Below are positions 9,243 through 18,715 of a DNA stretch of 64,000 nt, in pieces (position 1 is the first letter of the stretch; every line of letters begins with the position of its first letter). The DNA is from an uncultured Actinomycetes bacterium. Lineage in GTDB: Bacteria; Actinomycetota; Humimicrobiia; Humimicrobiales; Humimicrobiaceae. The notes below the pieces were generated by a model. The model did not search any database, was not told where the DNA came from, and saw nothing but the letters and a program-made list of their open reading frames with translations. The position numbers and the translations under genes were made by a program. The stretch is taken from positions 569,362-633,361 of the forward strand of contig CAWKAO010000003.1 of NCBI GenBank assembly GCA_963847665.1, written 5' to 3'.

Positions 9243-10769
9243 ATGAAAATAATTAAAAAAATTGATGGATTTTTAAATGGAATAACGATGTACAGGACAG
9301 TATTATACAGTCTGCTGTTAATGCTTGCAGCAGCACTTGCCTTTAGTGCCTTCGGTTTGATGCCTTTTAACCCGCTTGCTCTTATCCTTTCGACCGGATT
9401 TATTCTAGCAGTCTCTGTTCTTTCCAATGCTGTTTTTGCATGGGCCTTTAATGCGCCCAGTAATATTGAATCGGTCTATATAACAGCATTGATTTTAGCA
9501 CTGATCATAACTCCAGTTGACGGGTTGGTTAATATTGTTTTTTTAAGCTGGGTATCAGTCCTTGCCATGGCATCTAAATATATACTGGCTATTGGTAAAA
9601 AACATCTTTTTAATCCCGTAGCCATTTCCCTCGTGATCGTGAGTCTGGCTACGGCTCAGGCAGCAAGCTGGTGGGTCGCAAACCTTTTCATGATGCCATT
9701 TGTAGTTATCAGCGGGTTGCTTCTGGTCAGGAAATTAAAAAGATTTGACCTGGTCCTGGCTTTTCTTACTGTTATGCTTGCTACAAGCTCGATATTCAGT
9801 CTGATAAATGGGCAGGATCTATTGTCAGGGTTACAGAGGGCATTAGTCTATTCTCCCATGCTGTTTTTTGCCTTTATAATGCTGACAGAACCGATGACTG
9901 TACCTCCCGGGAGGTTAACAAGAATATTATATGGTGCAATTGTAGGGTTTTTATTTGCTCCCCAGATCCATATAGGTTCGTTCTATCTTTCTCCTGAACT
10001 GGTTTTGCTCATGGGGAATGTTTTTGCTTATATTGTAAGTCCCGATAATAAACTGATATTGACATTGAATAAGAAAGAAGAGATAGCATCAAATATTTAT
10101 AATTTTGAGTTTGAGCCTGACAGGAAACTGTCATTTAAACCCGGACAGTATATGGAATTTACATTGGAGCATCCTTCACAGGACAGCCGCGGCATAAGAC
10201 GTTTTTTGACAATAGCATCATCACCAACTGAAGAAAAACTGGATCTGGGTATTAAATTTTATGATAGACCCAGCAGTTTTAAAAAATATTTGATGGCTGC
10301 AGGAACGGGCCATAAAATGGTTGCATCCCAGCTGGCAGGCGATTTCACACTGCCCGAGGATAAAAATAAGAAACTGGTATTCATTGCAGGCGGGATCGGC
10401 ATAACACCATTCAGGAGCATGATAAAGTATCTTCTTGACAGGAGTGAAAAGAGAGACATAGTCCTGTTTTACTCCAATTGGACCTGTGATGATATTTCAT
10501 ACAAGGAAATTTTTGATGAAGCAGAAAAGAAACTAGACATAAAAGTAGTATATTCGATTGTCAATGATCCGTCTGTCGTGCCAGATAACCATATACGCTG
10601 TGGATTATTAAATGAAAGAGATATTATTGAAGAGGTACCGGATTATAGGGAAAGGCTCTTCTTTATTTCGGGTCCACCTTCCATGGTAAATACTTTTGTG
10701 GCTTCCCTGAAAAAGATCGGTGTAGGAAAGAATAATATTAAAACTGATTATTTTCCGGGTTTTGCTTAA
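9243..10769 (+). CDS. membrane-anchored FNR-like oxidoreductase: N-terminal polytopic domain plus C-terminal FAD-binding and NAD(P)-binding domains
   Basis: Roughly 6 TM helices are followed by RRFLTIASSP (a flavin-binding RxYS-like motif) and GGIGITPF (NAD(P)-binding). The upstream in-frame start at 9171 overlaps apbE. No His pairs suggesting b-type haem are present. Confidence 0.7.
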   Translation: MKIIKKIDGFLNGITMYRTVLYSLLLMLAAALAFSAFGLMPFNPLALILSTGFILAVSVLSNAVFAWAFNAPSNIESVYITALILALIITPVDGLVNIVFLSWVSVLAMASKYILAIGKKHLFNPVAISLVIVSLATAQAASWWVANLFMMPFVVISGLLLVRKLKRFDLVLAFLTVMLATSSIFSLINGQDLLSGLQRALVYSPMLFFAFIMLTEPMTVPPGRLTRILYGAIVGFLFAPQIHIGSFYLSPELVLLMGNVFAYIVSPDNKLILTLNKKEEIASNIYNFEFEPDRKLSFKPGQYMEFTLEHPSQDSRGIRRFLTIASSPTEEKLDLGIKFYDRPSSFKKYLMAAGTGHKMVASQLAGDFTLPEDKNKKLVFIAGGIGITPFRSMIKYLLDRSEKRDIVLFYSNWTCDDISYKEIFDEAEKKLDIKVVYSIVNDPSVVPDNHIRCGLLNERDIIEEVPDYRERLFFISGPPSMVNTFVASLKKIGVGKNNIKTDYFPGFA

Positions 10770-10843
10770 AAAAGAAAGTAATGGCTAAAATCATTTATTT
10801 CAGATTTTCTTTTATTAATCTTAAAAAATGATATAAATTTAGG

Positions 10844-11563
10844 ATGAATGAAATAGATGGTTTAAAGCAAAGCAATCAGAATAGTCTTATGAAGATCATA
10901 ATCATTGAAGATTCAGAAAAATTAGCAGGTTTTTTAAAGAAAGGCCTTGAAAATGAAGGTTATGCTGTCGATTGTTTTTATGATGGCATAAGCGGTGAGA
11001 AGCATATCCTGTTTAATTTCGAGGATTATGACCTGGTAATCCTGGACCTGATGCTTCCGGATAAAAACGGCCTGGATATCTGCAGGAATATAAGAGAGAA
11101 AAATATCAAGATCCCAGTACTGATGCTGACCGCAAAGGACTCGACAATGGATAAGGTCACAGGGCTTGACAGCGGGGCAGATGATTACCTGGTAAAACCT
11201 TTTGAGTTTGAAGAATTACTTGCAAGGATCAGGGCACTTTTCAGGAGGCCAAATAATAGCCTACCCCTTGAGCTCAGGGTAAGGGACCTTGTTTTAAATC
11301 CTTCCACAAAGAAGGTGTTCAGGGGAGATAAGGAAATAACCCTGACCCTGAAAGAATTCAGGATGTTAGAATACCTTATGAGAAATGCCGGTATAACGAT
11401 TTCGCGTGATAAGATACTGGACAGTCTCTGGGATTTTGATTTTGATTCCTTCAGTAATGTCGTTGATGTCCATATGAAGAACTTAAGAAAAAAGGTGGAC
11501 GGAAATTATAAGGAAAAGCTGATCGAAACTGTTTTTGGAATTGGGTACAGGCTTAAAAAATGA
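10844..11563 (+). CDS. OmpR-family response regulator
   Basis: Receiver domain (DLMLPD...K) plus a C-terminal winged-helix domain (TLTLKEFRMLEYLM...VFGIGYRL). Confidence 0.85.
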   Translation: MNEIDGLKQSNQNSLMKIIIIEDSEKLAGFLKKGLENEGYAVDCFYDGISGEKHILFNFEDYDLVILDLMLPDKNGLDICRNIREKNIKIPVLMLTAKDSTMDKVTGLDSGADDYLVKPFEFEELLARIRALFRRPNNSLPLELRVRDLVLNPSTKKVFRGDKEITLTLKEFRMLEYLMRNAGITISRDKILDSLWDFDFDSFSNVVDVHMKNLRKKVDGNYKEKLIETVFGIGYRLKK

Positions 11564-12684
11564 CTGATAACAGAATTAATAAAAAAAACAATAAAACAGG
11601 AGACAGCAAGAGCAATATTTTCCTTCTGGCCAGGATAAAATTGACTATTTTTTATACAGCTTTCATTGCTGTTCTTGTTTTTATTTTCAGCATTGCCATT
11701 TATTTTAGCTATTCCTATTATCTGCAGGGCAGCTTCCAGGAAGAACTTACAGAGATAGAAAATGAAAATCAAACAACACTGGATTCTGGAGATGATGGTG
11801 AGCATATTGCAAATAATACTATAACTCCTGAACAGATAAGGAAGAGTGCTTCCAGCCGTCTCAGCAATATTATACTTATCGCAGACGGAGCAATAATCAT
11901 AATCGCTGCTTTTCTGGGATATACCCTTGCAGGGGTAACTCTTCGCCCCATCCAGAAAAACCATGAGATACAGAAAAGATTTATGTCAGACACCTCCCAC
12001 GAATTGCGGACACCGCTCAGTATTATGAAAACAGGGCTGGAAGTCCAGATGAGGAATCCAACCTGTCCACCTGAATGCAAACCTGTATTGAGCAGTAACC
12101 TGGAAGAGGTAAATAGAATGTCAGGGTTGGTCAAGGACCTCCTGTTGATCTCACGGATGGATTCGGGAAGTGAGGTCTTCACTTCTGAAGAGATCGACCT
12201 TGAAAAGCTGCTTGATTGCGCCCTTCATAGTATCCAGGATTATGCAAAGGAGAAAAAGATAGAGATAAAATCAAATGGCAGAAACACTATATTGCCTGAA
12301 GGTAATGATAAAAAAACCAATGGATCGGTATTTATTATTGGAGACCCTGATAAATTAAAACAGGCTTTTTTTAATATTCTTAAGAACGCTGTCGATTATT
12401 CTGATGAAGGCGGAAAAATAGACATCACTACGACCAGACAGCCGCGTTTTATCCAGGTAGAAATAATGGATAATGGTCCGGGTATACCGGAAGACGAGCT
12501 GCAATATATTTTTGAAAGATTTTACAGGGCAAAAAATGCAGCATCCTTATCCAAAGAAGGAAGTGGACTGGGACTTGCCATCACAAAAGAAATAATACTG
12601 AATCACAGGGGGAGTATTAAAATCGAAAGCCTGTATGGAAGCTGGACAAAAGCAATAGTGATCCTTCCTGTCAGTAACCGATGA
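11560..12684 (+). CDS. sensor histidine kinase
   Basis: Two TM helices flank a periplasmic loop. H-box SHELRTPL and HATPase_c motifs (NAVDYS, DNGPGI, GSGLGL) are present. Overlaps the response regulator by 4 nt. Confidence 0.85.
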   Translation: MTDNRINKKNNKTGDSKSNIFLLARIKLTIFYTAFIAVLVFIFSIAIYFSYSYYLQGSFQEELTEIENENQTTLDSGDDGEHIANNTITPEQIRKSASSRLSNIILIADGAIIIIAAFLGYTLAGVTLRPIQKNHEIQKRFMSDTSHELRTPLSIMKTGLEVQMRNPTCPPECKPVLSSNLEEVNRMSGLVKDLLLISRMDSGSEVFTSEEIDLEKLLDCALHSIQDYAKEKKIEIKSNGRNTILPEGNDKKTNGSVFIIGDPDKLKQAFFNILKNAVDYSDEGGKIDITTTRQPRFIQVEIMDNGPGIPEDELQYIFERFYRAKNAASLSKEGSGLGLAITKEIILNHRGSIKIESLYGSWTKAIVILPVSNR

Positions 12685-12687
12685 TAC

Positions 12688-14238
12688 TTAGATCCTATTC
12701 TGCAGTTCTGCAAGAGAAGTAAATACGCCTTTTTCTTCAAGCCCTTCGTAGATCCTGCAGTAAATGTCATAAAGCTCGTTATATATCTTTGCATTTTTGG
12801 GATCAGGTCTATATCTTGTATCAGTTTTTACCATCCTGCCCACGCCTTCCCTGATATCCTTAAAGATGCCGACTCCAACGCCACCCATAACGGCTGCCCC
12901 AATAACGGCTGCATCTTTTACTTTTAGAGTGTCCACTTCCAGACCGTACACATCTGACTGAAGCTGGTTCCATAAGGGTGAATTTGTAGCACCACCCATG
13001 ATCCTTATATGCTCGATTTTTACACCTGAATCTGTCATTGAGGTCAATATATCTTTCATCTCAAGGGTGATGCCTTCGAGAAATGCTCTTGCTACGCACC
13101 ATCTGTCATGCCCGAATGCAAGACCTGCAAGAATGCCTCTTGCATTTACATTCCAACGTGGAGCAGTAGAAGAAGCAAGGTATGGAAGAAGTACAAGGCC
13201 CTTTGAACCGGCCGGGACCTTTGATATCTGCTCATCAAGGACTTTATATACATCCGTTCCTTCTTTTAATGCCTGCTGTTTTTCCAACCTTGTGATCTCA
13301 TCCCTGAACCATCTGAAAACACCGGCCGCTCCTGCCTGATGTCCCTCTATCTGCCATTTTCCATAAATGGAATGGTTCACTATCATGTTTTTACCTGCAG
13401 GGTCCCTGAAAGAGCTCTCCAGAAACGCATTTGCATTCCCTGCTGTCCCCATTGAAACAGAGGCAATCCCTTCGTACACGACCCCTGCTCCTGTAGCAGC
13501 ACTGTTCTGGTCCCCTGCACCCACACAAATCGGCATGCCCTGTGCAAACCCTGATTTCCGGGACACTTCAGGAGTTATTTTACCCACAACTGTACCCGAG
13601 GGAGTGGGAACAGGGAGAAGACTTTTGTCAATCTCAAAAAGAGAAAGTATCTTTTCGCTCCATTCAAATTTGCTGGTATCCCACATACCCGAGAAGCCTG
13701 TGTCTGAGATATCATTAACAAAGCCTTCCGCACCGAATGCACGCAGGGTGAAATCCTGGAGCTGTATTATTTTGTGAGTTTGTTCCCAGACCTGTGGTTC
13801 GTTTTTTCTTACCCATAATATCTCTGGAAGAATCCATGTCGTATTGATGGGAAAGCCTGTTATCTTATAAAACTCTTCTGCAGAAATCTTTAAAAGGATG
13901 TCATCTATTTCCTTTGTACATCTTGAGTCCTGCCAGGAAATCATAGGCCTTAAAAGCTTTCCATTTTTATCAATGAAGTTTGCACAGCTTCTCTGTGTCG
14001 AAAAGCCAAGTGAGGCTATGTCTCCAGGGTCCACCCTGGATTTTGCTATTGCTTCCCCGGAAGCTTCCATTGCTGCCGATACAAGCTGATCAGGGTCCTG
14101 TTCTATCCAGTTTGGCTTGGGGTAAGAGCAGGAATACTCACGGTATCCGCTGCCAAGCATGTTTCCTTCAAGATCAAAAATAGCTGCTTTTGAACCTGTG
14201 GTCCCGATATCTATTCCTGCAAGATATTTACCAGACAT
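12688..14238 (-). CDS. FGGY-family carbohydrate kinase (xylulokinase/glycerol-kinase-like)
   Basis: N-terminal GIDIGTTGSKA motif and FGGY N- and C-terminal domains. Length is 516 aa. Confidence 0.8.
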   Translation of the reverse strand: MSGKYLAGIDIGTTGSKAAIFDLEGNMLGSGYREYSCSYPKPNWIEQDPDQLVSAAMEASGEAIAKSRVDPGDIASLGFSTQRSCANFIDKNGKLLRPMISWQDSRCTKEIDDILLKISAEEFYKITGFPINTTWILPEILWVRKNEPQVWEQTHKIIQLQDFTLRAFGAEGFVNDISDTGFSGMWDTSKFEWSEKILSLFEIDKSLLPVPTPSGTVVGKITPEVSRKSGFAQGMPICVGAGDQNSAATGAGVVYEGIASVSMGTAGNANAFLESSFRDPAGKNMIVNHSIYGKWQIEGHQAGAAGVFRWFRDEITRLEKQQALKEGTDVYKVLDEQISKVPAGSKGLVLLPYLASSTAPRWNVNARGILAGLAFGHDRWCVARAFLEGITLEMKDILTSMTDSGVKIEHIRIMGGATNSPLWNQLQSDVYGLEVDTLKVKDAAVIGAAVMGGVGVGIFKDIREGVGRMVKTDTRYRPDPKNAKIYNELYDIYCRIYEGLEEKGVFTSLAELQNRI

Positions 14239-14373
14239 GGTTATTGCCTCCTGTAGAAAAAATGTGAGTAATTAAAAATATAAGACATTTTATCATATAA
14301 TATTACAAAATTTAATTTGAGTGGAGCTGTAAAAACTTATTAGGAAAAGTCTATATTGAAAGGACAGGTCATA

Positions 14374-14790
14374 ATGAAGAGTTTCAGGAAAGAATTATGG
14401 TTTCAGATAAGCAAAAGAAGGGAACTGATAAATATCACAGATGAAGTACGGAGCTGTCTTTCTGAAAGCGGTATAAAAGAGGGTCTCCTTCTTTGCAACG
14501 CCATGCACATAACTGCAAGTGTCTTTATTAATGATGATGAAAGCGGGCTGCACCAGGATCTTGAAAAATGGCTCGAGAAGCTGGCTCCAGAAAAACCATA
14601 CGACCAGTACAGGCACAATGGCTATGAAGACAATGCCGATGCACATCTGAAAAGGACTATTATGGGAAGGGAAGTCGTCATAGCGGTCACTGGTGGCAAA
14701 CTCGATCTTGGCCCATGGGAACAGATATTCTATGGAGAATTCGATGGAAAGAGAAAAAAAAGGGTACTGGTAAAAATCATAGGAGAGTAA
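14374..14790 (+). CDS. YjbQ/UPF0047 family protein (secondary thiamine-phosphate synthase-like)
   Basis: About 138 aa with a typical UPF0047 sequence profile. Start taken at the internal Met MKSF. Confidence 0.65.
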   Translation: MKSFRKELWFQISKRRELINITDEVRSCLSESGIKEGLLLCNAMHITASVFINDDESGLHQDLEKWLEKLAPEKPYDQYRHNGYEDNADAHLKRTIMGREVVIAVTGGKLDLGPWEQIFYGEFDGKRKKRVLVKIIGE

Positions 14791-14816
14791 AAATCATTAC
14801 CATAAATTGACTGTTA

Positions 14817-15710
14817 TTATGTGTCTTTAAAGTGGAATTTAAACCCCTCTACACCTTCTAAGTCGTAGTAAGTAAACGGCTGGTGCCTGAGACTGTTTAT
14901 CAGCTTGAACTCATAGATTATTCCGAGCTCATCCAGCAGCTTATTGAAGTTATAATTATTTTGAAGTGTAAAATCTTCGGAGCCATTTATCATTTTTATC
15001 TTAAGGTTTGATTTTATTTTTTCCCTGTTTTTTTCTGCCAGAATATATGGGCTGTTCTTTTGGAAATATTCTTTATTGTTACCGAACATTGCTTCAAACA
15101 CCTCAGGCCTTTTACCTGACACACTCTCAAGGTCATGAAAGGAGCCTGCATAAGCGACTGCTGTTGAAAAAATTTCCGGGTATTTGAAAGCAAGCTTTAT
15201 TGCTCCAAATCCTCCCATTGAAAACCCCTCGATACCCGTGCACTTCCCGGTCCCTATTGTCTTATAGGTAGCATCTATCAAAGGTATGAGTTCCTTGACC
15301 AGGATAGTCTCACCCATGATAGAACGATCAAAGGAGTCGGAAAACATCGAATAATTACCGCAGTTTGGGAACACCATGATCGCAGGCCCTATAATATCTA
15401 CAGTTATTGCTTTATGAAAAATAGCTGGTATGCCCACCCTGAACCCTGTTGATTCATCTCCTCCTTTCCCGTGAAGCCAGTATATTACAGGATAGTTTTT
15501 CTTCTCATGAGAGCCTCGGCTTGAACCGGATATGTAATCCGGTGGAAGATAAACAGCGAAACCCACATCCCTTTTCATCGACCTGCTGAAAAATGTATCG
15601 TGGGTAAGTCCAGGGATATCAGATTCAAATCTATTTATCCATGAATTTTCTTTCAACGTCTTAAAGCGCTTTTCCAACTGGTGGTCTGTCCTTTCTAAAA
15701 ATAAACCCAT
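14817..15710 (-). CDS. alpha/beta-hydrolase esterase (putative esterase family)
   Basis: GFSMGG nucleophile elbow, with an HGKGG segment upstream. Confidence 0.7.
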   Translation of the reverse strand: MGLFLERTDHQLEKRFKTLKENSWINRFESDIPGLTHDTFFSRSMKRDVGFAVYLPPDYISGSSRGSHEKKNYPVIYWLHGKGGDESTGFRVGIPAIFHKAITVDIIGPAIMVFPNCGNYSMFSDSFDRSIMGETILVKELIPLIDATYKTIGTGKCTGIEGFSMGGFGAIKLAFKYPEIFSTAVAYAGSFHDLESVSGKRPEVFEAMFGNNKEYFQKNSPYILAEKNREKIKSNLKIKMINGSEDFTLQNNYNFNKLLDELGIIYEFKLINSLRHQPFTYYDLEGVEGFKFHFKDT

Positions 15711-15763
15711 GACACTGCAAGTGGCGATCTTTATTGGATATTTTATAAAAAACTATAAAAATC

Positions 15764-16303
15764 CTAAAGAATATTGAAGTGAAAAACACATCTATTTGAA
15801 GAGCCGCTGCAGATCTGTTTTTCTACAGAGACTTTTATATTGGCTCCAAACTCTTTTGCAAATGCAGTGTATTCTGCCAGGCATATTACAGAACCGATTT
15901 CTTTGCTCAGGTCCTCCCTGCCGGCCTTTATCATTATATTATGCCACGGACATCTATTGATGGAAACTGTGGCAGAATCACATCCGGCTGCGGCATTATC
16001 GGTTCCGGCTGAGTCTTTGCCGGATTTCCCTTTATTTTTTATATTGATTTTTGTTTCAAAACCGTCGATATGCATTTTTTCCCTTAGTGCGACGGTAAGG
16101 TTATCGATGCCATCACCGAGAGCAAGCTTTTTCTTAAGAAATCTTGCCTGCATCTTTGGAAGGACTTTCCATACCTCTCTGTCTATTTCTAGCGCCTTAT
16201 CAAAACCAAACTGTTCTTCTACTTTTACAAACCATAATCCGTCAGTTTTGATATAGTTCTTGTAAAGATACTCTATTTTATCTTTATCCGTCAGTTTTTT
16301 CAT
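15764..16303 (-). CDS. hypothetical protein
   Basis: 179-aa ORF directly upstream of the esterase on the same strand. No confident family assignment from sequence alone. Confidence 0.4.
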   Translation of the reverse strand: MKKLTDKDKIEYLYKNYIKTDGLWFVKVEEQFGFDKALEIDREVWKVLPKMQARFLKKKLALGDGIDNLTVALREKMHIDGFETKINIKNKGKSGKDSAGTDNAAAGCDSATVSINRCPWHNIMIKAGREDLSKEIGSVICLAEYTAFAKEFGANIKVSVEKQICSGSSNRCVFHFNIL

Positions 16304-16390
16304 TATTCCTAAAATTCCTGGATTTAATTGATTCTCAAATTAAATTATAATATTTTTAAAAAAATCATATGTCTTATAAAATAATATGAT

Positions 16391-17344
16391 ATGAGAAATA
16401 AAAAAAGAGTAAAAATATTTTTTTTAAAAAAATTACTAAACTTTTTTTTAACTACTTTGATCATAATAGTGTTGTTCACTTCCATTTCTTTGCTGGGCGC
16501 GTGCAGCTTTGTCGATAATTATATCGTAAAAAGGGCAGATTATGATTCACTTGAGAAAAACTATTTGGACCTGCAACAGGAATATGAAGATCTTTTAAAA
16601 GATTTCGATATTAAGACTGTTGAGCTTGAAAAAGAAATACAGGCAAATAACAGTCTTCAAGAAAAAGCTGTGCTTGCAGAACAAGAAATCGATGAGCTCC
16701 AGGAAGAAATCGTTATGCTTTCAGATGAGAATGCATCTCTTACAGAAGAGGTCGAAAGTCTGTCATCCGGTGAGAAGATGAGCCAGCTACGGGATCAGAT
16801 AAAAAGATTAAAAAAACTTCTCAACAGCATTAACTCCCTATTAAAATACTCCTACATAGGTTCTTCAGACCCTGAAGCGATGCAATATACTTTTACAGCG
16901 TTTGGCATCGAGTACAGGGGGAAATATTATTTAGTGACAGCCGGTCATTGCGTTGCTGATAATTTCGGCAAGGATGGAAGATTTAAGTTTAAGGCAAATT
17001 TTTCTGATACATGGATATATCCCGATCTTATAGGGTATAAGGCTGCCTTCTGGGCCCTGGATGACTATGCTGTTTTTTATTCTGATTCGATCGATAAAGG
17101 ACTTCCAGTAAATGGCCTGGAGACAGAAGATAACTACCTTGTAGGAAGCATAGAAAAAGGTTTGAGTATATTCAGAAATCTTGGAGCCCCGTCTGTAAGG
17201 GGTGAGAGCGGAAGTCCAGTATTAAATGAATATGGTGAAGTCATCGGGATCTATGTCATTTACGGGCTTGTCTATACTCCCATACAGCTTGTCCTTGACC
17301 TGATAGACGAATATGAGGTAGGGGAGATCTCTTCACAAGAATAG
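16391..17344 (+). CDS. membrane-anchored coiled-coil protein with a C-terminal trypsin-like serine protease domain
   Basis: N-terminal TM helix, a long E/L-rich coiled coil, TAGHCV (catalytic His) and GESGSPV (catalytic Ser, GDSGGP-like). Confidence 0.65.
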   Translation: MRNKKRVKIFFLKKLLNFFLTTLIIIVLFTSISLLGACSFVDNYIVKRADYDSLEKNYLDLQQEYEDLLKDFDIKTVELEKEIQANNSLQEKAVLAEQEIDELQEEIVMLSDENASLTEEVESLSSGEKMSQLRDQIKRLKKLLNSINSLLKYSYIGSSDPEAMQYTFTAFGIEYRGKYYLVTAGHCVADNFGKDGRFKFKANFSDTWIYPDLIGYKAAFWALDDYAVFYSDSIDKGLPVNGLETEDNYLVGSIEKGLSIFRNLGAPSVRGESGSPVLNEYGEVIGIYVIYGLVYTPIQLVLDLIDEYEVGEISSQE

Positions 17345-17403
17345 GTAAATGTAAAATTTCAGGTAAATTCTGAATATTACCCGGCAGACCCTAAAATCTG
17401 GTT

Positions 17404-18462
17404 TTATTTGAGGTTATCATAAAATTGAACCGGAGCAAGCTCTTTAAATTCATCAGTTTCTTTTATGAGTCTCATCCTTATATCGATGCAGAGGTGGCAT
17501 TTCGATATATAACCGTTTTCGTTTTCCCTGTATCCAAACTTTTTTCCTAATTCAAGCAGGCTGGAAAGACCTGTTGCCAGAGCTTTTAAAACCGGCCTTC
17601 TGGCAAGATCTATGCCGTTCATAAAAATTGAGTCATACTGTCTGAAATCTCCAAGAGAAATACCCGCACAAAACCTTGGTATGTAATTGCAGTAATTATC
17701 TATATGGTTGTGCCAGTTTTCTGTTAACTCAGTGTAACAGTTTTGTTCAAGAAACAAATCAGCCGGATATTTTTTAAAAAGGGTCCCCAGCGAGTATGGG
17801 GTGCGGCCCATCGGAAGAAGTTCTATATAACTGGAGAAATCTTTAATATCTATTTTTTTTAATAGTCCACTAAATGATATTTTTCCTTCAAGGCCCATCG
17901 ATCTAAAAAGTGAGAGATAGAAGTCCTGGTAGACTGTAAGATTCCCCTTAAATACCGCGTGCCCTATCCTTGCTGCCCTGTCTATCCTTTCAAATGGCAC
18001 ACTTTCCAGGATAAAAGGGTTTACACTGACAAGCAATCCGGCAAGCCCTGCATCTTTTAACACTCTCATTTTTTTCTCAGAAGTCTCATCATCCTTTACC
18101 CAGAAACAGTTGGTCTCAACAAATGGAAAGGGTATTTTAAATTTTAGTGCGAGTTTTGTCAGTTCCAGTAATAATTTATAATTAAGAAAAGGTTCCCCTC
18201 CTGTAAAATGCAGGCCGTATCCAAAACTGATAACCCCGGGACCATTTTTGGGGTGATCTTTAAGCCGGGGATAGACCTCGCTGTAAATCCTTGCAAGATT
18301 TTCAAATATGACCTCAGCATCAGAGATATCTATCCAGTCATTGCTCCATTTCGGGGAGCAGGCATAAATGCAGTAGCTGCAGGAAGCATTGCATCTGTAA
18401 CCGAGTAAAAGTCCAACAGAAACGGGGGGTTTAGGTTTTAATAGATCAAGTTTAATTCTCAT
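17404..18462 (-). CDS. radical SAM protein of unknown function with a C-terminal Cys-rich region
   Basis: CNASCSYC (CxxxCxxC) near the N-terminus. Additional Cys residues in the C-terminal third. Length is 352 aa. Confidence 0.75.
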   Translation of the reverse strand: MRIKLDLLKPKPPVSVGLLLGYRCNASCSYCIYACSPKWSNDWIDISDAEVIFENLARIYSEVYPRLKDHPKNGPGVISFGYGLHFTGGEPFLNYKLLLELTKLALKFKIPFPFVETNCFWVKDDETSEKKMRVLKDAGLAGLLVSVNPFILESVPFERIDRAARIGHAVFKGNLTVYQDFYLSLFRSMGLEGKISFSGLLKKIDIKDFSSYIELLPMGRTPYSLGTLFKKYPADLFLEQNCYTELTENWHNHIDNYCNYIPRFCAGISLGDFRQYDSIFMNGIDLARRPVLKALATGLSSLLELGKKFGYRENENGYISKCHLCIDIRMRLIKETDEFKELAPVQFYDNLK

Positions 18463-18715
18463 CCTTACTTCAATTTATTAAAATATTAAAAAGAATACAA
18501 GAAATACTTGAATAAGCCTGCTCTGTTTATCCTGTGTTTTTTAGATAAAGATAAACCAGCTGTAAAACTAAATAAAAACAGTGTTAATATTTCCCTGGCT
18601 GCTTTATAATAAATCCTTGATAAGGACTTGAGATATGGCCTTATTTAGTGCATTTATGATATTTGAAGGTGTGCACATTTTGTATAATATCTCACAGATG
18701 ACAAGGAGAAAAAAG

